A stretch of 64,000 bases of DNA from an uncultured delta proteobacterium (GCA_963715335.1 CAVQRZ010000012.1:9983-73982); one strand, 5' to 3'; shown: positions 50,302-60,725, counted from the stretch's first letter. The notes: generated from the sequence alone by a model not told the origin. Translations and numbers: made by a program.

Positions 50302-51113
50302 GTCTGGCTCTCTTCCGGGCTCTTGACATAATAATCTGCAGATCTCTCCAGGTTGCTCTCCCAGCGACTGCAGGCGATGATAATGCGTTGCCAGCCGCTC
50401 GGAATAATTTCCTGGGTGTGGGCCAGGTTGTTACGCAAGGTTTCAAGCTCCTTGATCGCATTACGGGTCTCCTTACGCGACTTATGGCCAAGCTTCTCTC
50501 GAAGTTTTTCATCGTAAGTGATGATCCAGCCCTTGTCGCCAAACTGCAGGCAGTCGAGCAGCTCAACCTGCTGGCCACGACGGGTTCTCTCTTCCTGAAG
50601 TTTTTTCGCAATATCAATCCGTTTTTCGGAAAGAAATTCCTGCCAGGAATTGTCGGGGTACAGTTGACGCAAGACCTCCGTCATGGTCATTTCGATCATG
50701 GTGATCATACCGAACAGGAACATACGCATTGGCGGCTTTTCCAAATCGGTTAAAGTGATGATGGCACCCACATGGTCGAGAATGGTGACAAAGCATTGCT
50801 GGTTGATTGCCAGCGACTGGACAACGTCAATCAGGTTCGCTGTATCGGGGATCAGGTCGTCGTCAGGCGTGAAAGAATGGAAGTGTTCGCCGCAAAGCCC
50901 GGAAGTCAGTTCATCACGGCGGACATAGCCTTCGACCAGGCCGTTCTGGCGAACCCCAACCAGATCGAAGTTCTTTTCGTCCATGAATTGCCTGACATCT
51001 GCCGAGTTGGTGCTCTCGTCAAAAGAGACCAGGGGTTCGGCAACATCCATCGCCGAGAACCCTTCGAGGAACAGGCGGCGCAGACGTGAACTTTGGGTGC
51101 CTCTCCAGGGCAT
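50298..51113 (-). CDS. CBS-like domain fused to Swt1-type HEPN domain (putative ligand-gated RNase)
   Basis: N-half MDEKNFDLVGV...GYVRR...GAIITLTDL resembles a CBS pair; C-half ITMIEMTM...LLDCLQFGDK...LETLRNNLAH has RxxxxH; AGGAGG RBS. Confidence 0.75.
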   Translation of the reverse strand: MPWRGTQSSRLRRLFLEGFSAMDVAEPLVSFDESTNSADVRQFMDEKNFDLVGVRQNGLVEGYVRRDELTSGLCGEHFHSFTPDDDLIPDTANLIDVVQSLAINQQCFVTILDHVGAIITLTDLEKPPMRMFLFGMITMIEMTMTEVLRQLYPDNSWQEFLSEKRIDIAKKLQEERTRRGQQVELLDCLQFGDKGWIITYDEKLREKLGHKSRKETRNAIKELETLRNNLAHTQEIIPSGWQRIIIACSRWESNLERSADYYVKSPEESQT

Positions 51114-51341
51114 ACAGCCTCCTCTGAAATGATGGGAACAACTTAAACCAAAGCTATTTTATCGTAAAGAGCTGCAAAGCGCTGATCAAAGCGTCTGAAA
51201 TTTTTGAACTTATTTAAACAGAAAAATGCTTTTAATATTGATAGGACAGGTTCCTATAGTAGAATGCAAACTGCTGGAATACCTAACAATTACTTCCTAT
51301 AAATGACTGATCTCAGAGGATTAGGAGAGAGGGGAGGTCTC

Positions 51342-52034
51342 ATGAAAATTCATATCCCCATGTACAAGACTTTAATTTTCGGACGCTATGGCAGCCTCCT
51401 GATGGCGTTGCTGTTTCTGATATTGCTGCAGCCAACGGTAGACACGGCGATCGGCAAGGGGCTTATCGAGGCACTGTTTATCGCAATCCTGATAGCCGGG
51501 CTACGGGCGATCGGTGTCAATAAAGGGCTGTTTCGTTTCGAAGTTGTTTTACTGACCGCCAGCCTTGCGTTGAACATTGCGGGAGCAATCCCCGGATACG
51601 AGACTCTCTTCTTCGTCGGCATAGCCGGTCGAACCCTCTTCATGATCCTTGTTACGTTAACCATCCTCTCAGACCTGTTTCGCAGCCAAGAGGTCAGCGG
51701 TGACTCCCTGGCCGGGGCAGTCTGTATCTACCTTCTGATCGGCCTGATCTGGGGATATTTTTTCCTCCTGATCGAGATCCTGGTGCCGGGGTCTTTCTCA
51801 TTCACGCAGGGCAATCAAGCGATGGCGATCTGGTTATCCAAGGAGTTCTACCCGTTCTTCTACTACAGCCTTATCACCATGACGACTGTCGGCTTCGGTG
51901 ACATGCTGCCGCTGACGACCGCAGCGAGGACTTTGACCACCTTAGAGGCAATTATCGGCCAGGTCTACCTGACCATCCTGGTCGCCCGCCTGGTCGGTAT
52001 GTACCTGTTGCACCAACAGAAGCCAGAAGCGTGA
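51342..52034 (+). CDS. Ion_trans_2 / potassium-channel-family membrane protein
   Basis: YYSLITMTTVGFGDMLP filter, EAIIGQVYLTILVARLVG. Confidence 0.85.
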   Translation: MKIHIPMYKTLIFGRYGSLLMALLFLILLQPTVDTAIGKGLIEALFIAILIAGLRAIGVNKGLFRFEVVLLTASLALNIAGAIPGYETLFFVGIAGRTLFMILVTLTILSDLFRSQEVSGDSLAGAVCIYLLIGLIWGYFFLLIEILVPGSFSFTQGNQAMAIWLSKEFYPFFYYSLITMTTVGFGDMLPLTTAARTLTTLEAIIGQVYLTILVARLVGMYLLHQQKPEA

Positions 52035-52049
52035 CAACAGCGATCAGAC

Positions 52050-52091
52050 AACCAAAAGGGGTCGGCTGACAACAGCCGACCCCTTTTGGTT
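52050..52091. terminator. Bidirectional terminator between convergent genes
   Basis: AACCAAAAGGGGTCGGCTG-ACAA-CAGCCGACCCCTTTTGGTT. Confidence 0.85.
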
Positions 52092-52108
52092 AAAAACATT
52101 TTTTTCGC

Positions 52109-52876
52109 TTACTTCTTCCAGCGATAGGTCGCCATCAGGCCGAACATAAACTGCTTGTCATCGCCTTCATCATCGACAATCGGGCTGTCCTTGGCATCGT
52201 TGAGCAGGGACTTGTAGGAGAACAGCCCCATGATCCCCCACTTCTCCCAGGGAGTGTAATGGGCAACCAGGTTGATGCCGACGTCCTTGAGACCGGAATC
52301 GGCCGAGTAATTGGGCATCGTCGTCCTATTACCGCCGTTGCCGGGATTGACGCCAAAATAAGTGTCCATATAATCATCGTCAGCATAGGTCAGGAACACG
52401 CCGGGAGTGAGGGTCAGTTCCGGCATGACCTTCCATTTGTAGCCGGCGTTCACCTGGGCGAGAAAACCATCATGTTCATCGGAGACATCAGCCAGCAGCT
52501 CAACACCAAGCAGTACATTGTCGATGTTAACGCCGGCGAAGACACCAGCCTCTAAGGCGGCATCGATTTTGTCCATTCTATCGACCTGGTCATTATCAAC
52601 ATCGTCGCGCTCGAAGCGATAATTCAGAACCGGACCGAGGCTGAACTGCTTGTCGGCGAGCAGGTTGACCTTCAGATTGGGTCCGTTCAGTTTGACAAAA
52701 CGGCCGCTGTCGTAATTATGCTGGAACAGGAACAACGGCACGCCGGTGGTATCCTCAGAACCTTCATAATCAGGCGCCGCTCCGGCCCCCAAGCCAACCA
52801 TCCCGTCAAGAGCCCACACCGGACTGGCGACAAGCAGCAGGACCAGACATAGAAACAGCAATTTTGAACTTTTCAT
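52109..52876 (-). CDS. MipA/OmpV-family outer-membrane protein
   Basis: Signal peptide, GAGAAPDYEGS, ADDDYMDTYFGV, AKDSPIV, terminal beta strand. Confidence 0.88.
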   Translation of the reverse strand: MKSSKLLFLCLVLLLVASPVWALDGMVGLGAGAAPDYEGSEDTTGVPLFLFQHNYDSGRFVKLNGPNLKVNLLADKQFSLGPVLNYRFERDDVDNDQVDRMDKIDAALEAGVFAGVNIDNVLLGVELLADVSDEHDGFLAQVNAGYKWKVMPELTLTPGVFLTYADDDYMDTYFGVNPGNGGNRTTMPNYSADSGLKDVGINLVAHYTPWEKWGIMGLFSYKSLLNDAKDSPIVDDEGDDKQFMFGLMATYRWKK

Positions 52877-53045
52877 GATAGAACCTCCGATACGATTACG
52901 CTATTGGAATAATTGCCCTTTAAAATACCTCGAAACAGTATAAATTAGATATATTGTAATGCAACTGACTTTTTTGATACGACATGTTTTGAACACAACA
53001 TTTGTTAACCTCCTGCTCTGGCAGTAAAGTGGCAATAACTTTCCG

Positions 53046-54818
53046 ATGATCTGCAAGTACCAAAAACTGTTGGTTCTCCTCGCACTCTGTACCCAGCTCA
53101 CGCTCACACACGTCTGGGCTAACGAAGCATCGGTCCAGGTCGACATCGCAGGGCTGAGTGGTGCCCGGTTGAAGAATGTTCAAGCGGCCCTGACACTGCC
53201 GCCGGGGATCGTCAGGGACGATAAGGTTGAAAAGCGCTGGCTCGAGCGCTTTGCCGGCAAGGTGCCGGAGATGGTTGCCACCGCTCTCGAGCCTTTTGGG
53301 CTCTACCGCAGCGAAACCACGGTCAGCATAGAACAAACCGACAAGCTTGCTTACCGGGTCGCGGTCAGTGTCAACCCTGGGGCGCAGACAGTTGTCCGCA
53401 GCTTGAGCATAGAGCTGACCGGCGAAGGCAGCCAGGAAAAGAGCCTGCTGCGCGAAATCCGCGCGTTCCCCCTGAAACAGGGCGCCCCACTCGATCAGGA
53501 ACTTTACAAGCAGGGGAAGCTGGGACTGCTGCTTGAGGCGTCCGACCTGGGCTATTTGGAGGGCGTCTATACTACCCATGTCATACGGATCGACCCTGGT
53601 TATGAAGCCGCAGAGATCGAGCTGATCCTAGAGACCGGGCCACGATTCTACTTCGGCGAGACCACTTTCAAAGATGAGAACGAAAGTTTTCCGGAAGAGT
53701 TTCTGCGGCGCTTTGTGACGTACCGGGAAGGCGAGGTCTTCTCGCACAAGGAGCTGCATCGCAGCCGTCTCAAATTCTATGCAGCCGATCGCTTTGATAA
53801 TGTCCTGCTAGTTCCCCTGATGGAAGAAGCAGTCGATCACAAGGTCCCGGTCAGGGTCAACCTGACCACGGGCAATCGCCACCGTCTGCGCCCCGGAATC
53901 GGCTACGGCACCAATACCGGCGGCAGAGTCTCCCTGAGCTACAAGAACATGATATCCGGCGAGCATCCTCATGTTCACATGTTCGACCTCAGCCTGGCGG
54001 AAAAGACGCAATCTTTCGAAGCCAGCTATACCATCCCACAACCCGGTCTCGCCGACAATAACCTGATCGGCACAGTCGGCGTCCGCCAGGATAACCTGGA
54101 CACCTACGATACCCAGATGTTCTATGCCGAAGTAGAAGAGACCTACGGGCTGGCACGCGGTAAAATCGGCTCCCTGTTCCTGCGCTATCTTTACGAAGAC
54201 GGCGACGTCGGCAATGAGGGTAACAACATCGCACAGCTTGTTATCCCCGGGGTGCGCTATTACCAGAGGGCCTACGACGATCCGCTCAACCCCAACAGCG
54301 GCTACCAGTTCCGCGTTGAACTACGCGGCAGTTATGACTTTTTGATATCCAACCTGAGTATCGGCCAGGTTATCGCGGCGGGAAGTTTCATGCTGCCTCT
54401 GACCCGCAACCTGAGCCTGCATCCGCGTATCGAGGCAGCCACCACCATCAAGGATAACGACTTCAGCAAGGTCCCGCCGTCGATGCGCTTCTTCGTCGGT
54501 GGCGACAACAGTGTGCGTGGCTATGCCTACAAATCCCGCGGCCCGGAGGACGATTCCGGCGAAGTGATCGGCGGCGAGTCACTGCTGGTCGGCAGCCTCG
54601 AGCTTGAGTATGCTCTGAATGAGCGATGGGGGCTGGCACTCTTCTACGACGCAGGGAGTGCCTTCGATGTCTCTGAACAAATGGAGGTCATCCAGGGTGC
54701 AGGCATCGGTGTTCGCCGTTACACCCCGATCGGACCGATCAAGCTGGACCTGGCCACCCGGATCAATGACGACAACGGCGGCGTCCGCATCCACTTCAGC
54801 GTAGGGTTCGACATATGA
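53046..54818 (+). CDS. tamA: TamA (Omp85-family) outer-membrane protein
   Basis: POTRA-like ALEPFGLY, RFFVGGDNSVRGY, TPIGPIKLDLA, C-terminal FSVGFDI. Confidence 0.9.
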   Translation: MICKYQKLLVLLALCTQLTLTHVWANEASVQVDIAGLSGARLKNVQAALTLPPGIVRDDKVEKRWLERFAGKVPEMVATALEPFGLYRSETTVSIEQTDKLAYRVAVSVNPGAQTVVRSLSIELTGEGSQEKSLLREIRAFPLKQGAPLDQELYKQGKLGLLLEASDLGYLEGVYTTHVIRIDPGYEAAEIELILETGPRFYFGETTFKDENESFPEEFLRRFVTYREGEVFSHKELHRSRLKFYAADRFDNVLLVPLMEEAVDHKVPVRVNLTTGNRHRLRPGIGYGTNTGGRVSLSYKNMISGEHPHVHMFDLSLAEKTQSFEASYTIPQPGLADNNLIGTVGVRQDNLDTYDTQMFYAEVEETYGLARGKIGSLFLRYLYEDGDVGNEGNNIAQLVIPGVRYYQRAYDDPLNPNSGYQFRVELRGSYDFLISNLSIGQVIAAGSFMLPLTRNLSLHPRIEAATTIKDNDFSKVPPSMRFFVGGDNSVRGYAYKSRGPEDDSGEVIGGESLLVGSLELEYALNERWGLALFYDAGSAFDVSEQMEVIQGAGIGVRRYTPIGPIKLDLATRINDDNGGVRIHFSVGFDI

Positions 54819-57800
54819 CTCGCGGCCTTGTCATAGCTCTCGCCCTGTTCGCTTCGATCGGTCTGGCACTGGCCGGTTTCGGCTTCTGGTGCATCGGCAC
54901 AAACAGCGGAGCCCATTGGCTCATCGACTCGGCCGACAACTTCTCCGGAATCGAAGTGACCACAGCAGAACTCGAGGGCTCACTGCTCGACGGCCTGGCC
55001 CTGAGAGGGCTGCGCATTGCGTGGGAGGGGGGTGAAATCAGGACTGCTGCCCTCAAGTTGGCCATCCGTCGATTCAACCCCTTCTCCGGCTTGCTGGCCA
55101 TCGAAAGGCTGGAGATCAACCGACTGGTTCTGCTGCTTGATGAGGACACCAAAGAGCCAGGCCCCGGCACCGAAGACTCTGGGGTAGAAGTTTTGCTGGC
55201 TGTCTTTCCCAACTGGCTTGAATTAGCGATCGACCGGCTGCAGGTTTCCGGGTTCATCTACCGCAGTACGGCCGAACCCGATGAGGAAGTGGTGATCGCC
55301 GACCTGATTGCCGGACAGTACCAGCTGGCCGATCAGCGGCTCGCGTCACCGGCATTTTCCTACCATTCCCCCTTTGTCGAACTCGACGGCGCATTCGACT
55401 GGCAGCTGGCACTGCCCCACCTGGTCATGACTGCAAGCGTCTATCTGCCCGAAACCAGCGTCGACCCGGCGCTGCTCGAAAGCATCGCGGTTCCGGCCAG
55501 GTTCCCCTCTCACCTGGAATTGGACGGCGACTGGAACAGCTACAGCGGTCCGGTCCGTTTCGGTGTCATCGATGATCAAGGAGACAAGGTCTGGTTGTCC
55601 GCCCGGGCGACCGGCTCATGGCGTGGCATCCGCTTCGATGATCTCAAGGGCCGCTACCTCGGCGGGGCAATCGCAGGGAATCTCGACATGTCCTGGATAG
55701 ACTCCTATCGGATCAGCGGCCAGCTTTCCGGGCGGGAGCTCGACCCGTCGGCCCTGATCGAGGAGACGACCGGCAGGGCAAGTTTCGACCTTTCCGGGGA
55801 GCTATCCGTCCCCTACGACGATCAACCGTTACAGGCCAACTTCGACGCGGTGATTCACGAAGCGCGTTTCCGTGGCCATACTCTGCAGGGACGCGCCGCA
55901 AGTCAGTGGCTCGGCCAGGACCTGGTCGACCTGGATATCGACCTGTCTGGCGACGGGGCACACCTGCGGGCCGAGGGAGTCCCCGCACAAAGGGTTGATT
56001 TCGATCTCGAAGTCGCTGACCTCGCCATGTACCACGAAGACCTTGCCGGCAAAGCAGCAGCAAGTGGCTGGTTGAGCTGGGCGGAGAATTCTCTGGCGGG
56101 TGAGATAGATGGCCACGGCGAGCAGCTGACCTGGCGGGAAATCAGCGTCCGCAGAGTCGTGTTCCAGGCCCGGCACCTGGCCGGGGAAGAACGGGTCGCG
56201 CTGGCTCTGTCCGGGAACGACTGGGATTACGGCAATCTGCGCTTGAACCGGGTGAACGCAGAGTTGTCCGGGACGCTGTCTGACCATCAACTCGAGATTG
56301 CGACAGAGACATCCTCCGGGCGCTTTACAGCATCGGCCCATGGCCGTTACCAATCCGGGACATGGAAAGGCCGGGTCGAGCGACTGATCGGCGACGAAAC
56401 CCCTTGGGGCCGATGGTCGATGCCCACGCCGACGGACATAACCTGGGATGAGGGTCTCTTGACAATCAACAAGCTTCCCCTGGTTGCCGATAAGGGCGCC
56501 CGCCTGGAGCTCAAGGTAGACAGTTGGGGCGCACCTGACCGAGCCGGCGCTGCGCTGAGCTGGGCCGATATCGATCTCGAATGGCTGCAGCCTTATACCG
56601 ATCTCGACAGCCTGTCAGGACGCACCGAGGGGCGTGTAGAGTACATAGCGATTGCAGGACAACCCTGGTCGATTTCAGGGCAGCTTTCTGCACACGGTCG
56701 GATCAAGGATCAGCACTACGATCTGACCTATGAGACACTCGAGCTGGAACTGGACTGGGGGCAGGACGGCCTGCAGCTGACCGGGGCATCCAGGAGCGAT
56801 GCCGGGGAAAGGCTCCGGATCAAGGCAACCGCTCCCGGGCCGCCGGCATGGGAATGGCCGATCAAGACCCTGGAAGCTGATCTGCATTGGCAGGAGTTCA
56901 ACCTGGCGCGTTTCAACAGCTTTCTGGAAGACGCGCAGGCTGAAGGCGTCAGCGATGGCAACCTCTCCTTTGCTTTGGGCGGCGAGCAGTTGGAAAGGAT
57001 ACGAGGGCAGCTTGCCGCGCACGGCCGGGTCAAGGCTCAGCACTACGATCTGACCTTTGAGTCACTCGAACTGGAATTCGACTGGGGACAGGACGGTCTG
57101 CAACTGACCGGGGCATCCGGGAGTGATGCCGGGGAAAGGCTTCGGATCAAGGCAACCGCTCCCGGGCCGCCGGCATGGGAATGGCCGATCAAGACCCTGG
57201 CAGGTGATCTGCAGTGGCAGGAGCTCAACCTGGCGCGTTTCAACAGCTTTCTGGATGACGCACAGGCTGAAGGTGTCAGCGATGGCAGCTTCTCCTTTGC
57301 CTTCACCGGTGACCAGCTGGAGAGGATGCAAGGGCACCTTGCAGCGAGAGGTCGTCTGATGCAGGGCGAAAGGGAGCTCGGCCCTCGTAGCCTGCTGGCA
57401 GACTTAAGCTGGGATGACAAAGAGTTTCAATGCTCGGCAAGGGTTTCCGGAGCGAAAGGTGGCCATGCCGCATTGAAGCTGACGTCGTCTCAAAGGCCAG
57501 CCCTTGCATGGCCTGATTCCGGGCAGATCGAACTCAAGATCAATGCCCTGAGCCTGACCGCGCTCGAACCTTTACTGCCTCAGGACATTGACGTCGCCGG
57601 AACCATCGACAGCCGGGCCGAGGGGCGCTGGGAACCAAAAGGAGTCGTTGAACTGGACGGGGACCTCCAGCTTCGGCAGAGCCAGCTCAGCTGGGACAGT
57701 GACAATGGCCAGATTCTCCTGCCGCTCCGTGATGCCACCATGGCGTGGCGTTGGGCCGGCGACAGTCTCAACGGCAGTTTCGCCTTGAATCTCTCGGATT

Positions 57801-59041
57801 ACGGTAAGCTTGGTGGGACCTGGCAGCTTCCTCTTCCTGCCCGGATCCCGACAGCGTTCGAGCCGGACGGCCCGTTGCAGGTCAAGGTGGATGGTCAAAT
57901 GCAGGCGACCGGCATTCTCTCAGCGATCGGGCCATGGCTGGTGCAGGACCTCCGGGGCGAAACCCAAATCGAGCTGGCAGTGCAGGGGACCTGGAAAAAC
58001 CCTGATTTACGAGGGAAAATCCGCCTCGAAGATGGTGCTGCCTACCTGCCTGCAGCAGGCATTCAGCTGGAGGATATCCAGCTGCATTCGGAACTGGTCG
58101 GAGACCGGTTGCGGGTTGACCGATTGACCCTTCGTTCCGGTTCCGGCACACTGACCGGACAAGGCGAAGTGTTCTTTGATCGATGGCAACTTGCCGGCTA
58201 TCGCCTCAGCATAACCGGCGAGGACTTTCAGTTGGCTGATTTTCCCGAGCTGCAGATGACCTGCAGTCCCGACCTGGTCCTCTCCGGCACCCCGGACCGC
58301 TTGGCCCTGGAGGGCTCGGTATTGATCCCGAGACTGGCAATCAGAGGGAGCCAGGGAGTTCCTGAACGCCAGCCCAGCAAAGACGTTGTCATGGTCAGGG
58401 TAGAGGAACAGCGGCAGGAACTGGAGTTTGCGACCGATATCCAGGTCACGGTGGAACTCGGTGAGGACGTCACCGTGAAATCCGGAGGGGTCGACACCCG
58501 CCTCGCAGGTGGCGGCATTTTGACCATGGGGCCAACCGGTGAACTCCTGGCCCGCGGAGAGATTCAACTTGTGTCCGGGTCGTTCCGTGCCCACGGGGTC
58601 AACCTGAAGATCCGGCAAGGGCTGCTGAGCTACCAGGGAGGGGTCATCACCAACCCGGATCTGCGGATCTTTGCGGCACGCGAAGTCGGTGATGTGCTGG
58701 CAGGGGTCCAGGTGACCGGCAACGCCGAGGCACCCGTGATCACCCTTTATTCGCGGCCGACGATGCCCGAACGGGACATCCTCGGCTACATGCTTATGGG
58801 GCGTGCGATCAAAACTGAAAGCCAGGAAGCCGATATGCTGATGATGGGCGCCGGGTCGTTGCTGCCCGGCTACGGCGGCGGGCTCTCCGAGCTCGGCATC
58901 ACCGAGATCGATATACAAGGGCTGTTCAACGGCACCGGTGGCCTTCGCCTGCGCCGTAAACTTTCTGAAAAATGGGAGATCGAATCGAACCTGGGGGTTG
59001 AGAGCGGTATCGACCTTTATTACATCATCGAACTGGAATAG
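54815..59041 (+). CDS. tamB: TamB translocation/assembly module protein (1408 aa)
   Basis: Overlaps tamA stop; N-terminal TM; C-terminal DUF490-like PSKDVV...NPDLRIFA...VTGNAEAP...GIDLYY. Confidence 0.9.
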   Translation: MTRGLVIALALFASIGLALAGFGFWCIGTNSGAHWLIDSADNFSGIEVTTAELEGSLLDGLALRGLRIAWEGGEIRTAALKLAIRRFNPFSGLLAIERLEINRLVLLLDEDTKEPGPGTEDSGVEVLLAVFPNWLELAIDRLQVSGFIYRSTAEPDEEVVIADLIAGQYQLADQRLASPAFSYHSPFVELDGAFDWQLALPHLVMTASVYLPETSVDPALLESIAVPARFPSHLELDGDWNSYSGPVRFGVIDDQGDKVWLSARATGSWRGIRFDDLKGRYLGGAIAGNLDMSWIDSYRISGQLSGRELDPSALIEETTGRASFDLSGELSVPYDDQPLQANFDAVIHEARFRGHTLQGRAASQWLGQDLVDLDIDLSGDGAHLRAEGVPAQRVDFDLEVADLAMYHEDLAGKAAASGWLSWAENSLAGEIDGHGEQLTWREISVRRVVFQARHLAGEERVALALSGNDWDYGNLRLNRVNAELSGTLSDHQLEIATETSSGRFTASAHGRYQSGTWKGRVERLIGDETPWGRWSMPTPTDITWDEGLLTINKLPLVADKGARLELKVDSWGAPDRAGAALSWADIDLEWLQPYTDLDSLSGRTEGRVEYIAIAGQPWSISGQLSAHGRIKDQHYDLTYETLELELDWGQDGLQLTGASRSDAGERLRIKATAPGPPAWEWPIKTLEADLHWQEFNLARFNSFLEDAQAEGVSDGNLSFALGGEQLERIRGQLAAHGRVKAQHYDLTFESLELEFDWGQDGLQLTGASGSDAGERLRIKATAPGPPAWEWPIKTLAGDLQWQELNLARFNSFLDDAQAEGVSDGSFSFAFTGDQLERMQGHLAARGRLMQGERELGPRSLLADLSWDDKEFQCSARVSGAKGGHAALKLTSSQRPALAWPDSGQIELKINALSLTALEPLLPQDIDVAGTIDSRAEGRWEPKGVVELDGDLQLRQSQLSWDSDNGQILLPLRDATMAWRWAGDSLNGSFALNLSDYGKLGGTWQLPLPARIPTAFEPDGPLQVKVDGQMQATGILSAIGPWLVQDLRGETQIELAVQGTWKNPDLRGKIRLEDGAAYLPAAGIQLEDIQLHSELVGDRLRVDRLTLRSGSGTLTGQGEVFFDRWQLAGYRLSITGEDFQLADFPELQMTCSPDLVLSGTPDRLALEGSVLIPRLAIRGSQGVPERQPSKDVVMVRVEEQRQELEFATDIQVTVELGEDVTVKSGGVDTRLAGGGILTMGPTGELLARGEIQLVSGSFRAHGVNLKIRQGLLSYQGGVITNPDLRIFAAREVGDVLAGVQVTGNAEAPVITLYSRPTMPERDILGYMLMGRAIKTESQEADMLMMGAGSLLPGYGGGLSELGITEIDIQGLFNGTGGLRLRRKLSEKWEIESNLGVESGIDLYYIIELE
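56678..57355 (+). repeat. In-frame tandem duplication, 327-bp period, within tamB
   Basis: CACTACGATCTGACC at 56714 and 57041; ERLRIKATAPGPPAWEWPIKTL occurs twice. Confidence 0.95.
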
Positions 59042-59048
59042 CATTGAA

Positions 59049-59092
59049 AATCACGGGGACCCAATTTTCAAAACCATTGGGTCCCCGTGATT
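59049..59092. terminator. Long hairpin between convergent tamB and DUF3313 genes
   Basis: AATCACGGGGACCCAAT-N10-ATTGGGTCCCCGTGATT. Confidence 0.75.
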
Positions 59093-59133
59093 GAGGGTTA
59101 TCTGTAACGTTTGATGCTTCTACCAGGTTCAGA

Positions 59134-59748
59134 CTACTTCCTGACTTCGTCCAGTCGCTCACGGAAGCGCTTGGCCCAGTAATCGAACGCATCCTTGGTG
59201 TCTTCCCACACAGCACGGGACGCGGGCTTGCCACCCCGGCGATGGTCTACTGCGGCCGCCAAGCGCTCACTGCTCATCGAATCGAGCAGTTCGATCTCGG
59301 CCTCGGCCCCGCCGGTTCCGATATTGTCGACGCTCACGGCCTTGGCGACCGGATCGGAAGGTTCGACATCGGTGATCGCCGCCCTGACGCGGATTACATT
59401 GGGCCCTGGCTGGTCGACGACCGTGTAGCCATCCTTGACCGCTTCGACCAGAGCATTGAGAAAATAATCGGACATTTTTTTGAACACCGCCGGGTCAACG
59501 TCACGAGTCTCGGCCTCGGGGCTCAACCAGACTGAGACCCTGTCGAACATCAGGGCATCATATTTTTTGAAATCGACATCTGGGTCAACATACGTCAGTG
59601 CCGCACGATCCCCATCACCCGGCGTCAATTGGCTGTAGTCAACCAGGAACCCGGACTCTCCTACATCGTCCATCCTGCCTGCGGCACATCCACTCAGCAA
59701 GAGGACACTAATCAGCAACAACTCGAGCCAATATCCTTGTTTACGCAT
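59134..59748 (-). CDS. DUF3313-family lipoprotein
   Basis: Lipobox LSGC, SGFLVDYSQL, VVDQPGPNVIRVRAAITD, ELLDS...LAAAVD, FDYWA. Confidence 0.85.
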   Translation of the reverse strand: MRKQGYWLELLLISVLLLSGCAAGRMDDVGESGFLVDYSQLTPGDGDRAALTYVDPDVDFKKYDALMFDRVSVWLSPEAETRDVDPAVFKKMSDYFLNALVEAVKDGYTVVDQPGPNVIRVRAAITDVEPSDPVAKAVSVDNIGTGGAEAEIELLDSMSSERLAAAVDHRRGGKPASRAVWEDTKDAFDYWAKRFRERLDEVRK

Positions 59749-59867
59749 CTCTCACTCCATAGCTAGTGTGTTGAAAAGCTCACGATCACTATCGGACTAT
59801 AACAGAAAGGTAAAACCTTGCCCAGAACGACTCACGACATGCTTGAGAGTTCTGGGGAATCTGCTGA

Positions 59868-60725
59868 TCAAGGAGAGCAGGACGCTTCAGGGAGGCTGTG
59901 TACCAGCTCGGTGGCGTAAAAACCCGCCGGGTAGTCAGCGCCGAACCCTTCAGCCGGTCGATCTACGGGCTGACCTGTGAGCACCATGAAGAGAGGAGCG
60001 TAAGGTGACGCGTCGGACATGTTCAGGTAGTAGGAGGCCTGGATTGTTGCCAGTGCCGGAGATGCTCCAATCAACCAGGCTGCGTCACCGGCTCCGCAAG
60101 GGGTAAAACTGCGCACTTCGTGGCCGATCACCACTTCGCCGGCCGCAATGACTTCGCCCTCGGCCAGCATGATTTCTTCCAGCCGTTCTGCTCTGGCCGC
60201 CAGATATTTCGATACGGTCTGCGATGGCGGCGTTGCCATTGCTTCCTCCGGGCGACGCTCGGCATAATCAACAAGCACTACCCCGTGGCGGATCGACAAC
60301 TGCTGCGGGGCGATGCGATCACCGAGGAAGACCGCCCGTGTGCCGACGAAATGGCCGTCCCGGTTGAACGCTACCGCAACATGGTAAAAGGTCCCGCTGC
60401 CGCCGGTGGTCTCGACCAGCAGCACGGCCGCATCCGCTGCGCCGTCGCCATCAAGGTCGCCACTGACCGGCTCACCGGCGACCTTGATCACGGTCTTCGA
60501 CGCAGCACCGGGGAAAGCCTCGATCGTGGCCTGACCTCCTGCAAGGGTAAAGGCCCTGTCATCGATCAAATAAGCTGCATCAAGCGGAGTTTTCGCTATA
60601 GCCAAGGAGCCCGATGCGGCGACCGGCTGCAACGGAGCACAGCCGAGCAACAGCCCGGTACAGAGCAGAAGAGTCCATGCTCTGGAGGTCGAAAAACGAC
60701 AGCTGTTTTCGGCAAATCTGATCAA
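59868..60725 (-). CDS. Hypothetical lipoprotein
   Basis: Lipobox LLGC; GDLDGDG..DAAVLL..TGGSGTFY...LGDRI; C-terminal GHEVRSFTPC. Confidence 0.75.
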   Translation of the reverse strand: MIRFAENSCRFSTSRAWTLLLCTGLLLGCAPLQPVAASGSLAIAKTPLDAAYLIDDRAFTLAGGQATIEAFPGAASKTVIKVAGEPVSGDLDGDGAADAAVLLVETTGGSGTFYHVAVAFNRDGHFVGTRAVFLGDRIAPQQLSIRHGVVLVDYAERRPEEAMATPPSQTVSKYLAARAERLEEIMLAEGEVIAAGEVVIGHEVRSFTPCGAGDAAWLIGASPALATIQASYYLNMSDASPYAPLFMVLTGQPVDRPAEGFGADYPAGFYATELVHSLPEASCSP

